Below, piece after piece: positions 1 through 9,184 of a DNA stretch of 64,000 nucleotides; position 1 is the stretch's first letter; each line of letters begins with the position of its first letter. Position numbers and translations under genes: made by a program. This DNA is from Candidatus Bathyarchaeia archaeon. Its GTDB lineage: Archaea; Thermoproteota; Bathyarchaeia; Bathyarchaeales; Bathycorpusculaceae. The notes under the pieces are model-generated. The model was given only the letters and a program-made list of their open reading frames with translations, ran no database searches and had not been told where the DNA came from. The stretch covers positions 64,001 through 128,000 of the forward strand of contig JBEKTQ010000001.1 in assembly GCA_049515895.1 (NCBI GenBank), written 5' to 3'.

Positions 1-5
1 TTGAA

Positions 6-374
6 GTGGCTCAAGAAGCAGTTAAGGTAAGGATCGCAGGGTTTGAAGAGCAAATTCAAAAAATGACAACTGCTTCCGAAATCCAATCTGAACCGCTTAT
101 GCCGGTTATGCCTATCAGGCGTGATAAGGCGATGGGTGCTCTGACAGAAACAGAGATAGCGGTGCTAGAAAAGTTGTCTTCTGAGGGACCTAAAACAGCG
201 CCCGAAATCAAAGAAGAGGTACACCTAAGCAGAGAGCATACAGCAAGACTGATGAAGAAACTCTATGAAGGTGGCTACGTCGAGAGGGAAACAGGAAAAA
301 TACCGTTCAGGTACACCATTAAAGCGGAAATGGAAAAGCTGTTGAAGAAAACTGAAAACGCCCAGCCAACCTAA
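6..374 (+). CDS. Winged helix-turn-helix DNA-binding protein (MarR/IclR-like C-terminal wHTH); probably 5'-truncated by the window edge
   Basis: LTETEIAVLEKL..GPKTAPEIKEEVHLSREHTARLMKKLYEGGYVER wHTH pattern; frame is open to the window start. Confidence 0.7.
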   Translation: MAQEAVKVRIAGFEEQIQKMTTASEIQSEPLMPVMPIRRDKAMGALTETEIAVLEKLSSEGPKTAPEIKEEVHLSREHTARLMKKLYEGGYVERETGKIPFRYTIKAEMEKLLKKTENAQPT

Positions 375-393
375 ATGTTTTTTCCATTTGCGT

Positions 394-825
394 TTACTTG
401 AGGAGTTGTTTTATGCTTGCTTGCGGAATGTTAGGGGCGGTTCTGTACTTGAGATTGTTCGGTCCTCCCGTCCTCAATAACATGCCCTTGCTCGACATTC
501 TTGAAAGGTAAGTGGACACGGTGCTTAGCCCTATCGGCTCTTTAAGTTCCTGCTCATAAACCGACTGGATATCCTTGGAAGAAAACCAAATCAACGGAAA
601 ACTTTTCTGAATCACAACTTGAACTTTGTCAAAACGTGAAAGAAGACCGTTTGTTAAAGCAGAATTTGAGTTTGAGGCTGGGTTTTCGCCTGGCGCGCCG
701 CCTAGCAGTTCTACTAGGTCCAACAGCCGTAGAGCTTTATCTCGGGTCACTTGACCCTCAAAAGCGATGGTGTATCGGTTGCCATCGTTGTCGAACAGCT
801 CCACGCGCATTTTCCGAGCTGGCAT
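394..825 (-). CDS. Hypothetical protein with C-terminal winged helix, divergent from oriC/cdc6
   Basis: FSSKDIQSVYEQELKEPIGLSTVSTYLSRMSSKGML wHTH-like segment; short N-terminal beta domain. Confidence 0.7.
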   Translation of the reverse strand: MPARKMRVELFDNDGNRYTIAFEGQVTRDKALRLLDLVELLGGAPGENPASNSNSALTNGLLSRFDKVQVVIQKSFPLIWFSSKDIQSVYEQELKEPIGLSTVSTYLSRMSSKGMLLRTGGPNNLKYRTAPNIPQASIKQLLK

Positions 826-1017
826 CAGGCGTGCACCTTAGGGTTCACACCTCTACACTTCACACCTTATAGCTGTTATGGTGAAAGCGGTAAAAAGAAA
901 AACCTAGTAGAAGGCTTGTTTTCGTAAAAGGTGTCGTGTTTTCATCTCATTCAGCATAACTGCCTTCACATGAAATTGGAATAGCTGGAAGATTGCTCTT
1001 ATTGCTCAGTCCTGCTT

Positions 1018-1038
1018 TTCCAGAGGAAGTATAGGGGT
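1018..1038 (+). promoter_or_regulatory. ORB (origin recognition box) with G-string
   Basis: TTCCAGAGGAAGTATAGGGGT resembles the ORB consensus TTCCAGTGGAAAC-AAAGGGG. Confidence 0.75.
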
Positions 1039-1073
1039 GGCTTGTTCACTGTAAAAAGACAGAAACAAGGTAA

Positions 1074-1091
1074 TTCCAGTTAAAATAGAGG
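1074..1091 (+). promoter_or_regulatory. Degenerate or mini ORB
   Basis: TTCCAGTTAAAATAGAGG. Confidence 0.45.
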
Positions 1092-1275
1092 CAAATAAGC
1101 GACAAATTCATGGCTACTTCACATGTATTCACTCTTTTGTGAACGGAAAACCAAATTTGTGAAACAAAGGCGTTCCCTAGGAAACTTTGTGAACGAAAAT
1201 TCTTAAAGTCACCCTAGCAAAAAGTCAAGTTTTGCTTTTGATGCACGGTTTTTCCATGGAAAATGCTCTACACAG

Positions 1276-1298
1276 ACACCCCTACGTTTCCTCTCGAA
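1276..1298 (-). promoter_or_regulatory. ORB, left flank of the DUE
   Basis: Reverse complement reads TTCGAGAGGAAACGTAGGGGTGT. Confidence 0.8.
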
Positions 1299-1299
1299 G

Positions 1300-1462
1300 C
1301 TTTAAGGAGGAAAAGAACCTTAGAATTCTTGCAAAAAAATTTTCAGATTTCTTATCTAAAATCATAGATCAATATTTTTAATATACTAATTTGTTACTAA
1401 CAACTCAGAGTATATATAATAAATAATGTTATTATTTGTTTTTCTTTTATTTCTTAAATTTT
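1300..1462. other. AT-rich DNA unwinding element (DUE)
   Basis: Extremely AT-rich (e.g. TATATATAATAAATAATGTTATTATTTG), bracketed by inverted ORBs. Confidence 0.75.
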
Positions 1463-1485
1463 TTCCAGTAGAACCTTTGGGGTGT
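1463..1485 (+). promoter_or_regulatory. ORB, right flank of the DUE
   Basis: TTCCAGTAGAACCTTTGGGGTGT, inverted relative to the 1276-1298 box. Confidence 0.75.
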
Positions 1486-1618
1486 GTGTACCTGTAGATT
1501 TGCTTGCTTATCATGCTAAGTATTCATCGATTTTTAGGAATATTGTGTTTCACAATTAGTTTTTTGTACTGCATCCTTTATCTGCTCCACTCGAAATATC
1601 GGTTGTACCTCTGAAATT

Positions 1619-2872
1619 TTGGGAGTGGGAAGAGTGGCGAATCCGAATGTATTAGATGAAGTGTTCGAAAGCTTCGTCAATGGGATTAAACTGTTTAAGG
1701 ATCGAGAAGTGCTTAGGCACGATTATGTTCCTGACAAGCTTCCCCATAGAGAAGAACAAATAAGGCTCCTTGGGCAAACTGTCGCTCCAGTTCTGAAGGA
1801 TGCACGGTGCTCCAACATTTTTATCTATGGAAAAACAGGAACTGGTAAAACAGCGGTAACAAAATATGTTTTAAGCCATCTTGAATTCAAGGCAAAGGAG
1901 TACGGTTCCAAAGTAAAATTCTGTTACATTAACTGCCGAATGACAGGTTCGGAATACAGAGTCTTCGCAAACCTAAGTCAAAGCGTCGGCATGACCGTCC
2001 CATTTACTGGCTTGTCAGTTGGAGAAGTATTTGACAGGTTTAGAGCTGGCCTTGATTCTTCCCGAACCATTTTCATTATTGTGCTTGATGAAATAGATGC
2101 ATTGATAAAAGATCGAGGAGACGCTTTCATGTACGAGCTGACCAGAATAAATGAAACGCTATCCAAGAGCAAAGTTTCGATAATCGGCATTTCAAATGAC
2201 TTAAGGTTAAAGGAGTTCTTGGATCCCAGAGTTTTCAGCTCCCTCAGCGAGGAAGAACTAGTTTTCAGACCCTACGACGCGGCGGAACTCAGGAACATAC
2301 TCTCTGAACGTTCCAAGCTTTCTTTCAAGGAAGGTGTTTTGTCTGAGCCAGCATTAAGTGTTTGCTCGGCTTTAGCTGCTGCAGAGCATGGCGATGCACG
2401 CCGCGCTTTGGACCTGTTGCGTGTTGCGGGAGAAGTTGCTGAACGTCAAGGCGCCAGCACCATTACGGAGGAGCATGTGCGTCTAGCTGAAAAGCACATT
2501 GAACATAACCGCGTCGTTGAGGCCATCCAAAACTTAACGCTACACTCAAAACTCGTGCTTCTAAGCGTTTTTCACCTGAACAAGCCAAGCGCTACCACGG
2601 GCGAAATATACGACGTCTATAATGAGTTGTGCGGGGAATTTGGCGCTGGCCTTCTGACTCAGCGTCGGCTAGGCACACTGATTAATGAACTTGATTCGAT
2701 GGGCCTTGTCAACGCCAAAGTTGTCAGTATGGGGAGGTACGGCAGAACCAAGAAGATCAGACTTGAAATTTCAAGAGGTCTTATTCGAGATGTGTTCACA
2801 GATGACGCTCGCTTTAGCCAATTAATCAATTATTCGCCACAAGCTTCCCGCAAGAACATACCTGAGTCGTAG
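1619..2872 (+). CDS. cdc6: Orc1/Cdc6 replication initiator
   Basis: Walker A GKTGTGKT, Walker B VLDEID, GDARRALDLL, C-terminal wH with GRYGRTK. Confidence 0.97.
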   Translation: MGVGRVANPNVLDEVFESFVNGIKLFKDREVLRHDYVPDKLPHREEQIRLLGQTVAPVLKDARCSNIFIYGKTGTGKTAVTKYVLSHLEFKAKEYGSKVKFCYINCRMTGSEYRVFANLSQSVGMTVPFTGLSVGEVFDRFRAGLDSSRTIFIIVLDEIDALIKDRGDAFMYELTRINETLSKSKVSIIGISNDLRLKEFLDPRVFSSLSEEELVFRPYDAAELRNILSERSKLSFKEGVLSEPALSVCSALAAAEHGDARRALDLLRVAGEVAERQGASTITEEHVRLAEKHIEHNRVVEAIQNLTLHSKLVLLSVFHLNKPSATTGEIYDVYNELCGEFGAGLLTQRRLGTLINELDSMGLVNAKVVSMGRYGRTKKIRLEISRGLIRDVFTDDARFSQLINYSPQASRKNIPES

Positions 2873-2885
2873 TGGAACGAACTAT

Positions 2886-4460
2886 TCAGAGAAAGGAGAG
2901 TATTGTAGTTTCAAGTGTTTGAAGGTTTACCACGGGAACCTTTCCCGGTGTGGGAACCAACCCTAATTTTTCCATGTAATCGGTTTGTTTTTGCCAACCC
3001 CCTGAATTCACCACAAGAACCCCCCGGTAATTGCAGTAACCCAACACGTGGATGTGACCTGCATGGAAGATGTCTGGTACTCGGTCAATCACGAGGTAAT
3101 CACGGTTTTCGGGAGAAAGCAAGGTTTTTCCTCCGTAGGAAGGTGCCAAATGACGGCTTTGCATGAGCAGCCTCATCGCCTTTTCGGGGTGATCGTGATC
3201 CATCCCGGGCACCACGCCAATGATGTCGTCTAAGCTTCGACCATGATACATCAAAACTTCCACGCCGTGCAGGCTCAACAGACATGGGCTTCCGACTGAG
3301 CGGATGTTGCTTTTCCCTTGCATTCCCCTTAAGTAGCCTTCAGGTATGGCTGGTTGAGGTAGGGCTTTGCGAGCAGCATCGTGATTACCTGGGGAAATAA
3401 CTACTTCAATGTAATTAGGAATCTTTGAAATATACTTGAACGCGAAGTCGTATTGTTTATGGACGTCCCTTATCGATAATTCTTTTTCTTGGCCAGGATA
3501 CACCCCTACGCCGTCAACTATGTCACCTGCAATCAAAAGGTACTTTACTTTACCCGCTATCTCCTTCATTTGCTCGTTCCCATATTTGCCTCTAAGCCAC
3601 ATTATGAATCGTTTGAAGGCTTCCTTTTCGAACTTGTTACTGCCGATATGCAAATCCGACGTTAACACAGCATAGATGGGTTCTTGCGCTCTTTGTTGGG
3701 TTTTTCTGCCGATTTCTGGAAAAATGATGTCTTCGACGAGAAAAAGATTTGTTCGCGTTTTGATTACTGCTAAGCAGACAACTTGGTCAGGCATAAGCAT
3801 GAGTGCTTTTTTGCGAACATCTTCGGGGGCTTTTTGGGGCACCAAAACGGTTGCGGTTCCTTGCAGGTCTTCAACTGAGAGAACGATGTGATTTTTTGAA
3901 TCTCTTTTCTCAGTTACCATGCAGATTATTTTGAGTTTAGTTTTGGCCTGTGATTTAAGAGCTTCAAGTATAGGGGTTGCAGCTTTAACGTCGATTCTTT
4001 GCCTAAGCAAACGTTCGATACGCCTAAACCTGTCTTGAAAATACAGGAAGTACTCTTCAATGGTGCCGTTGGAGCTGAGTTTGCCGGTTGCATCTTCCAG
4101 AATTGCAATTTCAGATTTCATGTCCTTGGCATAGGGATAAAAAACAGCGCTTTCTTCTGCGCCAGTTTGATCTGTTTCCGGCGGAGCTGGTTGTTTCATG
4201 GTAATTGACTGTAGCTCGGGCTCGCTGGCAGGGGCTGTTGGAACCGTTGGTTGTTGCAGCAGAGTCTCCAAGAAAGCTTTGTCTATGAAAAATGGTTTCT
4301 CTTGCAGGTTCGCAATCCTTTGAAGCGCTAAGTCCATAATATCAACTGGATTTGTTGTATCCGCGATCTGACTCAGAAACTCGAATGCCTCGCTGTTTAA
4401 CTGGTACCCGGCTGCGATCGTTGCCTGAATTGCTCTTTGAAGTTTTTCCTGGTCGCTCAT
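2886..4460 (-). CDS. polB: DNA polymerase D small (proofreading) subunit DP1
   Basis: Phosphoesterase motifs SDLHIGS, AGDIVDGVGVYPGQ, PGNHD, YHG, HLAP, GHIH; OB fold; adjacent to cdc6. Confidence 0.95.
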   Translation of the reverse strand: MSDQEKLQRAIQATIAAGYQLNSEAFEFLSQIADTTNPVDIMDLALQRIANLQEKPFFIDKAFLETLLQQPTVPTAPASEPELQSITMKQPAPPETDQTGAEESAVFYPYAKDMKSEIAILEDATGKLSSNGTIEEYFLYFQDRFRRIERLLRQRIDVKAATPILEALKSQAKTKLKIICMVTEKRDSKNHIVLSVEDLQGTATVLVPQKAPEDVRKKALMLMPDQVVCLAVIKTRTNLFLVEDIIFPEIGRKTQQRAQEPIYAVLTSDLHIGSNKFEKEAFKRFIMWLRGKYGNEQMKEIAGKVKYLLIAGDIVDGVGVYPGQEKELSIRDVHKQYDFAFKYISKIPNYIEVVISPGNHDAARKALPQPAIPEGYLRGMQGKSNIRSVGSPCLLSLHGVEVLMYHGRSLDDIIGVVPGMDHDHPEKAMRLLMQSRHLAPSYGGKTLLSPENRDYLVIDRVPDIFHAGHIHVLGYCNYRGVLVVNSGGWQKQTDYMEKLGLVPTPGKVPVVNLQTLETTILSFL

Positions 4461-4700
4461 TTTGTTTCACTTATCATCTTCTTGGGCAACTTTATGCTTA
4501 CCCTCTATGCCTATGACTTATTTACTGTTTTTCATTGGTTGCAGTTTCGTGGGCTTAGCTCCCCTTCTTTTTACTTGACGAAAACGTTGCGTGGCTAAAC
4601 GGGGCTTTTCAAATATTCAGCTGTTGATTAGTCGAAACCAATTTAATTTATATAAGTGACCCGTGGTTTAGATGTGTTATATCTAGATTGAGGTATCTCT

Positions 4701-5675
4701 ATGGCTGATCTACGCAAGATTCAGCAAACACCAACTGGCACGTTTTTTGTTTGCTTACCCAGAGAATGGGCTAAGAAGAAAGGACTCAAAAAGGGAACTT
4801 TGGTCTGTTTAGATGTAACCAGCGATGGCAAACTTGTTGTGGACCCCGAGTATAATGTAGAACCTCCTGCCCGGACTGTCTCTTTGACTGTCGGCCCCAA
4901 CCTTGGTCGCGAGATCGTGGGTCGTTACCTTCTGGGCTACGACACCATCAATATTGAAGCAAGAGACCGAATCGACTCTGCGGCAAGAAGTGTAGTTAAG
5001 TCGACTGCCAGCTCCTTGTCTGGTTTAGAGATTTTTGAGGAAACTAGCTCAAAGATTTCGCTTCACAGTTTAATGCAGCAACAACCTTCCACTTCGCCAG
5101 AAAAAATTCTTCAACGCAACTACGCCATCGTCGCAGGGATGATTCGTGATGCAGCAAACTCCTTCGTCTACGGAGACGTGGAGTTAGCGAATAACGTCAT
5201 TGCACGGGATGATGAAAGCAACAGGCTGTATTTTTTGCTTGTAAGGATTTTGCGGACGATAATTCAGAATCCGCGCTTAAACGAGAAGCTAGGTATAACC
5301 CCGATTGAATGTTTAGATTACCGTTTGGCCGCGAGCTTAATTGAAGGCATAGGCGACGCATGTGTTCAGGTCGCAGCAAAAACCATAGCTCTGAACGGGC
5401 TCAGGTTTTCAGGTGAACTGCAAAACTTGCTCGTTGAACTAGAGACTCTTTGTTATGATGCCCATGAACAAGCATTGAAATCTTTTGTGACCAAGGATAT
5501 CTCTTTGGCAGCGAGCGTACGTAGCTTACGAGAGAAAATCGATGCAACCTCGTCAAGCATCGAAAGAGTTGCGAAGAGCTCATCGGTGGATTTGATGCCT
5601 CAGATTTTGGCGGCGGCATCTTTTCTAAGGCAGATTTATGAACACAGCGTAGACATTGCTGATCTTGTTGCTTAA
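4701..5675 (+). CDS. Phosphate uptake regulator (AbrB-like N-terminus plus PhoU domains)
   Basis: RKIQQTPTGTFFVCLPREW AbrB-type start; two PhoU-like helical repeats (ARDDESNRLY, IYEHSVDIADL). Confidence 0.85.
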   Translation: MADLRKIQQTPTGTFFVCLPREWAKKKGLKKGTLVCLDVTSDGKLVVDPEYNVEPPARTVSLTVGPNLGREIVGRYLLGYDTINIEARDRIDSAARSVVKSTASSLSGLEIFEETSSKISLHSLMQQQPSTSPEKILQRNYAIVAGMIRDAANSFVYGDVELANNVIARDDESNRLYFLLVRILRTIIQNPRLNEKLGITPIECLDYRLAASLIEGIGDACVQVAAKTIALNGLRFSGELQNLLVELETLCYDAHEQALKSFVTKDISLAASVRSLREKIDATSSSIERVAKSSSVDLMPQILAAASFLRQIYEHSVDIADLVA

Positions 5676-5744
5676 CTTGTGTGCCTTTATTTGGTGGTAA
5701 AGGGTTAAATTTGCATTTTTACATTCACAACAGGGACAAAAGAT

Positions 5745-6374
5745 ATGTCAACTACTGAAAAATTGGCTAATGCTCTCTACCTTTCAGGATGCCTAAAATT
5801 TGGCAGCTTCAAAATTAAGTCTGGAGCAACAAGCCCATACTACATTGACCTTGCCCGTCTCTTATCTGCGCCCCAAAAACTGTGCATTGTAGCAGATGCG
5901 GTTGCTGAGCAGGCCACCAAGATAGTGGTTGCTGACGAAATAGACAAGTTGGCTTCCATTGAGCTAAAAGGAGCGTTGATGGCCCCGAGCATCGCCTGCA
6001 AACTCAATCTGCCTTGCATTATCGTGAGAAAAGAAGAAAAAGCTTACGGGGTAACGGGTAGAATCGCCGGCGCAGACGTTGAAAAAGGCGACAGGATCCT
6101 CTTTTTCGACGACGTCATAAGCGAAGGGATTTCTAAAATTGAAGGAATCAAACCTCTCCAGGAACTCGGCGGCGTCGTAAACCATTTGCTTGTCGTCGTT
6201 AACCGGGAGCAAGGGGGGAAGGAGAAATTGGAGACTTTGGGCTTTAAAGTGCATGCTTTAGCCAAAGTGTCTGACCTCGTGAAATCTCTCAGCGGCAAGC
6301 ACATTTCGAAAGAGCAGGCGGATGAAGTTCTAGATTATGTAAAAGGATTTCAAGCGGCTAAGAAAACCACTTGA
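5745..6374 (+). CDS. pyrE: Orotate phosphoribosyltransferase
   Basis: FGSFKIKSGATSPYYID, RKEEKAYG, PRPP-binding FFDDVISEG. Confidence 0.92.
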   Translation: MSTTEKLANALYLSGCLKFGSFKIKSGATSPYYIDLARLLSAPQKLCIVADAVAEQATKIVVADEIDKLASIELKGALMAPSIACKLNLPCIIVRKEEKAYGVTGRIAGADVEKGDRILFFDDVISEGISKIEGIKPLQELGGVVNHLLVVVNREQGGKEKLETLGFKVHALAKVSDLVKSLSGKHISKEQADEVLDYVKGFQAAKKTT

Positions 6375-6557
6375 GTATTTGCTCCACAGCCCCCGCGGAA
6401 TAACCCTGCACTAAGAGTACTTTTTTCAGGTCCTCGACCGAACTTTCCTTCTCCATTTACATCCACTTTTACTGTATTAAGCAAGCTACCATAAAAAAGC
6501 TGCTCTACATTTATTGGACAGCTGACTGAATATTAAGTCCAGAGGAAGAACCTTACA

Positions 6558-7565
6558 TTGCAAACCCAAAATCGAGTAGTCGACGCCTTACTTACCGCCG
6601 AAGCTTACCCGGAAGACACGGGCAAAATAGAGCTCATCCAAACTCACATTTCGTTCGTCTTCTTGACCAAAGAATTCGTTTACAAAGTGAAGAAAGCCGT
6701 AAACTTTGGGTTTCTGGACTTTTCGACGCTGCAAAAACGTCAATTTTTTTGCCAAAAAGAATTAGACCTGAACAGGCGCCTTTGCCCAGAAATTTACCTA
6801 AAAGTTGTGCCCATTAACAAATCAAACACAATTAAGATAGAAGGCGACGGCGAAACAATAGAATACGCCTTAAAAATGAAGCGTTTACCTCAAGAAGCAA
6901 TCATGACGAGGCTCCTAAGCAAGAACAAAGTGGGAAGCAAAGTAATTGATGAATTGGCAAAAATAATCGCCATGTTTCATCAAAACGCCCAATCCAGCGG
7001 TGCGATAAATGAGTTCGGTTCTCTCAAGATTATCAAGGTTAACTGGGACGAAAATTTCACTCAAACCGAGAAGTACAAAAACCAAACTATCCCAGGGGCA
7101 GAGTACGAGTTACTCGAGGAAAAAGTTAACAAATTTGTGAAATCGAATAAGGCACTCTTCGAAGACAGAGTAAAACGTGGCAAGATTAGGGATTGCCACG
7201 GTGATTTGCATTCGGGAAACATATTCATAACTGACAAAATCTGCATCTTTGATGCAATAGAATTCAACGATCGCTTCAGGTACTCAGACGTAGCTTCAGA
7301 CGTCGCCTTCTTAGCCATGGATCTTGACTTCCAACAGAGATCCGACTTGGCCGATTACCTTGTAGAAAGATACATTGCCTACTCAAAAGACCAGGAATTG
7401 ACAAAGGTGCTTCCGTTCTACAAATGTTACAGGGCGTATGTCCGCGGCAAAGTTATCAGCTTCAAGCTTGACGACCCAAGCGTCAGCAACAAAGAAAAGG
7501 CAGGTGCAGCCAAAGAAGCCCAAGCATACTTCAAGCTAGCAGCTGAGTACGCGAAAAAAATGTAG
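6558..7565 (+). CDS. Aminoglycoside-phosphotransferase-like kinase (COG2187-type, standalone)
   Basis: IQTHISFVFL, YKVKKAVNFGFLDFSTL, CHGDLHSGNI, FDAIEFNDRFRYSDVASDVAFLAMDL, YRAYVRGKV. Confidence 0.85.
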   Translation: MQTQNRVVDALLTAEAYPEDTGKIELIQTHISFVFLTKEFVYKVKKAVNFGFLDFSTLQKRQFFCQKELDLNRRLCPEIYLKVVPINKSNTIKIEGDGETIEYALKMKRLPQEAIMTRLLSKNKVGSKVIDELAKIIAMFHQNAQSSGAINEFGSLKIIKVNWDENFTQTEKYKNQTIPGAEYELLEEKVNKFVKSNKALFEDRVKRGKIRDCHGDLHSGNIFITDKICIFDAIEFNDRFRYSDVASDVAFLAMDLDFQQRSDLADYLVERYIAYSKDQELTKVLPFYKCYRAYVRGKVISFKLDDPSVSNKEKAGAAKEAQAYFKLAAEYAKKM

Positions 7566-7569
7566 CTCC

Positions 7570-8436
7570 TTAAGCGAACTGCCCAGCTACCCAAGTGGGA
7601 ATCTTAACTGTGCCCATGATGATTGGTTTCTGATGGCAGTCGCTTCCACCCGTCATCTTTAACCCATGTTGCTTTGCGAACGCAACGTAACAGCTTGTTG
7701 TTTCCTCAGAGTTTCTTGAGTGCCAGCATTCGACTCCGTCTATGCGCGGCAGCATTTTTTCCTGGATTATGCCCGTTTGCTCCACCACCGATTTCGTTAA
7801 TGCAACTAGCGAAGTTCCATGGGGATCGTTAGGGTGAGCCAAAACCAACATTCCGCCTGCGTCTCTAACAAGTTTTGAGGCTTCTTCCAAGTAAAGCGGG
7901 TACTTGGGCACATCACACTTGACAAGGTACCTGTCGAATGCTTCCTGCCGTGTTTTAACTATGTTTTTCTTAACCAAGTAATCTGCGATGTGGGGTCTGC
8001 CAAGCACGCCGTCAACGGAATCCTCGATCTTTCTTAGGTCGCTATTTGTTAACGCTTGGATGTTTTCCTTTTTGAATTCCTTGTTTAGGTTGTCAAGGAT
8101 TTTTGCGGCCCTTTCTTCCCTGTATTTTGCCATTGTTTCAAGCTTGCTTTCCAACGCTTTGTTGCTGGGATTAAACTGGTAGCCTAGGAAATCCAGTGAA
8201 ACCGGTTTGCCATCATGATATTTGGGGTGTGCGAAGGTTACGTTCAGTTCGACTCCAGTGACATAGCGGATTCCTTCTTTCTTGGCTGCAGCAATGGCTT
8301 GAGTTTGACAAACAATCGAGTCGTGATCGGTGATCGCCATTAGATTGATGTTTCGGTTTTTTGCTTCACTAAAAATTTTCTGAACGCCCAGCTTTCCGTC
8401 TGAAGCGCTGGAGTGGATGTGCAGATCGATGATCAT
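7570..8436 (-). CDS. PHP-domain phosphoesterase (TrpH/YciV-like)
   Basis: DLHIHSSASDG, ITDHD, GVE, GRPHIA, LAHP, TGGSDCH. Confidence 0.9.
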   Translation of the reverse strand: MIIDLHIHSSASDGKLGVQKIFSEAKNRNINLMAITDHDSIVCQTQAIAAAKKEGIRYVTGVELNVTFAHPKYHDGKPVSLDFLGYQFNPSNKALESKLETMAKYREERAAKILDNLNKEFKKENIQALTNSDLRKIEDSVDGVLGRPHIADYLVKKNIVKTRQEAFDRYLVKCDVPKYPLYLEEASKLVRDAGGMLVLAHPNDPHGTSLVALTKSVVEQTGIIQEKMLPRIDGVECWHSRNSEETTSCYVAFAKQHGLKMTGGSDCHQKPIIMGTVKIPTWVAGQFA

Positions 8437-8452
8437 CTGCTACGGGATCCTG

Positions 8453-9058
8453 TTAAGCTTTTTCCATTCCAATAACGTACCAGTCTTTAGGGTTATCGTG
8501 GCATGTGTCAACGGTTAAGTGTAGTATTTTGAGTTTCGGAAAAGTTTTCTTTAGGTCCACGACGTCTACGGGTTCAAACTTTTTCTTGTTAGCCAGATAG
8601 GCGTCTACCGTTAGCGCGTTTGATTCATAGTTTTCTTTGGTGCGCCGCTGAATTCTGGAAACCGAGACTTCTTCAGGGCAACTTGTCTGCAAAATCACGA
8701 AAGTCATGCCATGTTTTGCCGCGATTTCCGCTGCCCGCCGCCTTAAATCTTGGGTAACAAACGTGGCGTCCAAAATAATTCCTTGTGTACCCTCCTGAGC
8801 TAGGACATCCGCTCTGCGGAAGACTTCATCGTAGACGGAAAGGCGCTTATTCATGTTTCCTGCGACTTTTGCGTCGAAAACATCTTCGTTCTTCAGAACC
8901 TCCAAGCGTATTATGTCGCTTCGAAGTATGGTGTATCCTTTGATTTTCGAGGTTTCCTCCGAGGTTTCCGTTTTCCATGTTCCAGGCAATCCTGTCGTAA
9001 TCAGTAAAGTTCTTGGGCCTAATTTGGCTTCGATGAATCTGGAGAAAGGTTCCTTCAT
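8453..9058 (-). CDS. P-loop kinase (AAA_33/COG0645-like)
   Basis: TGLPGTWKT Walker A variant, LRSDIIR, ILDATF, RIQRR lid. Confidence 0.8.
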   Translation of the reverse strand: MKEPFSRFIEAKLGPRTLLITTGLPGTWKTETSEETSKIKGYTILRSDIIRLEVLKNEDVFDAKVAGNMNKRLSVYDEVFRRADVLAQEGTQGIILDATFVTQDLRRRAAEIAAKHGMTFVILQTSCPEEVSVSRIQRRTKENYESNALTVDAYLANKKKFEPVDVVDLKKTFPKLKILHLTVDTCHDNPKDWYVIGMEKA

Positions 9059-9184
9059 TATTCAACCTTCTTACTCTAAGCTTGGGCATGTTGCACTTAA
9101 AACTTTTTCCGGTAAAGATTTCGGATTTGGAAGAAAATTCTAAATAGGTTGAAGATTACATTGTTCTGAAAAGAAGGGATAATC

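Larger units (their letters stand above)
1018..1605. other. Chromosomal replication origin (oriC)
   Basis: ~790 bp noncoding gap directly upstream of cdc6 containing several ORB boxes and a very AT-rich tract at ~1300-1462. Confidence 0.85.
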
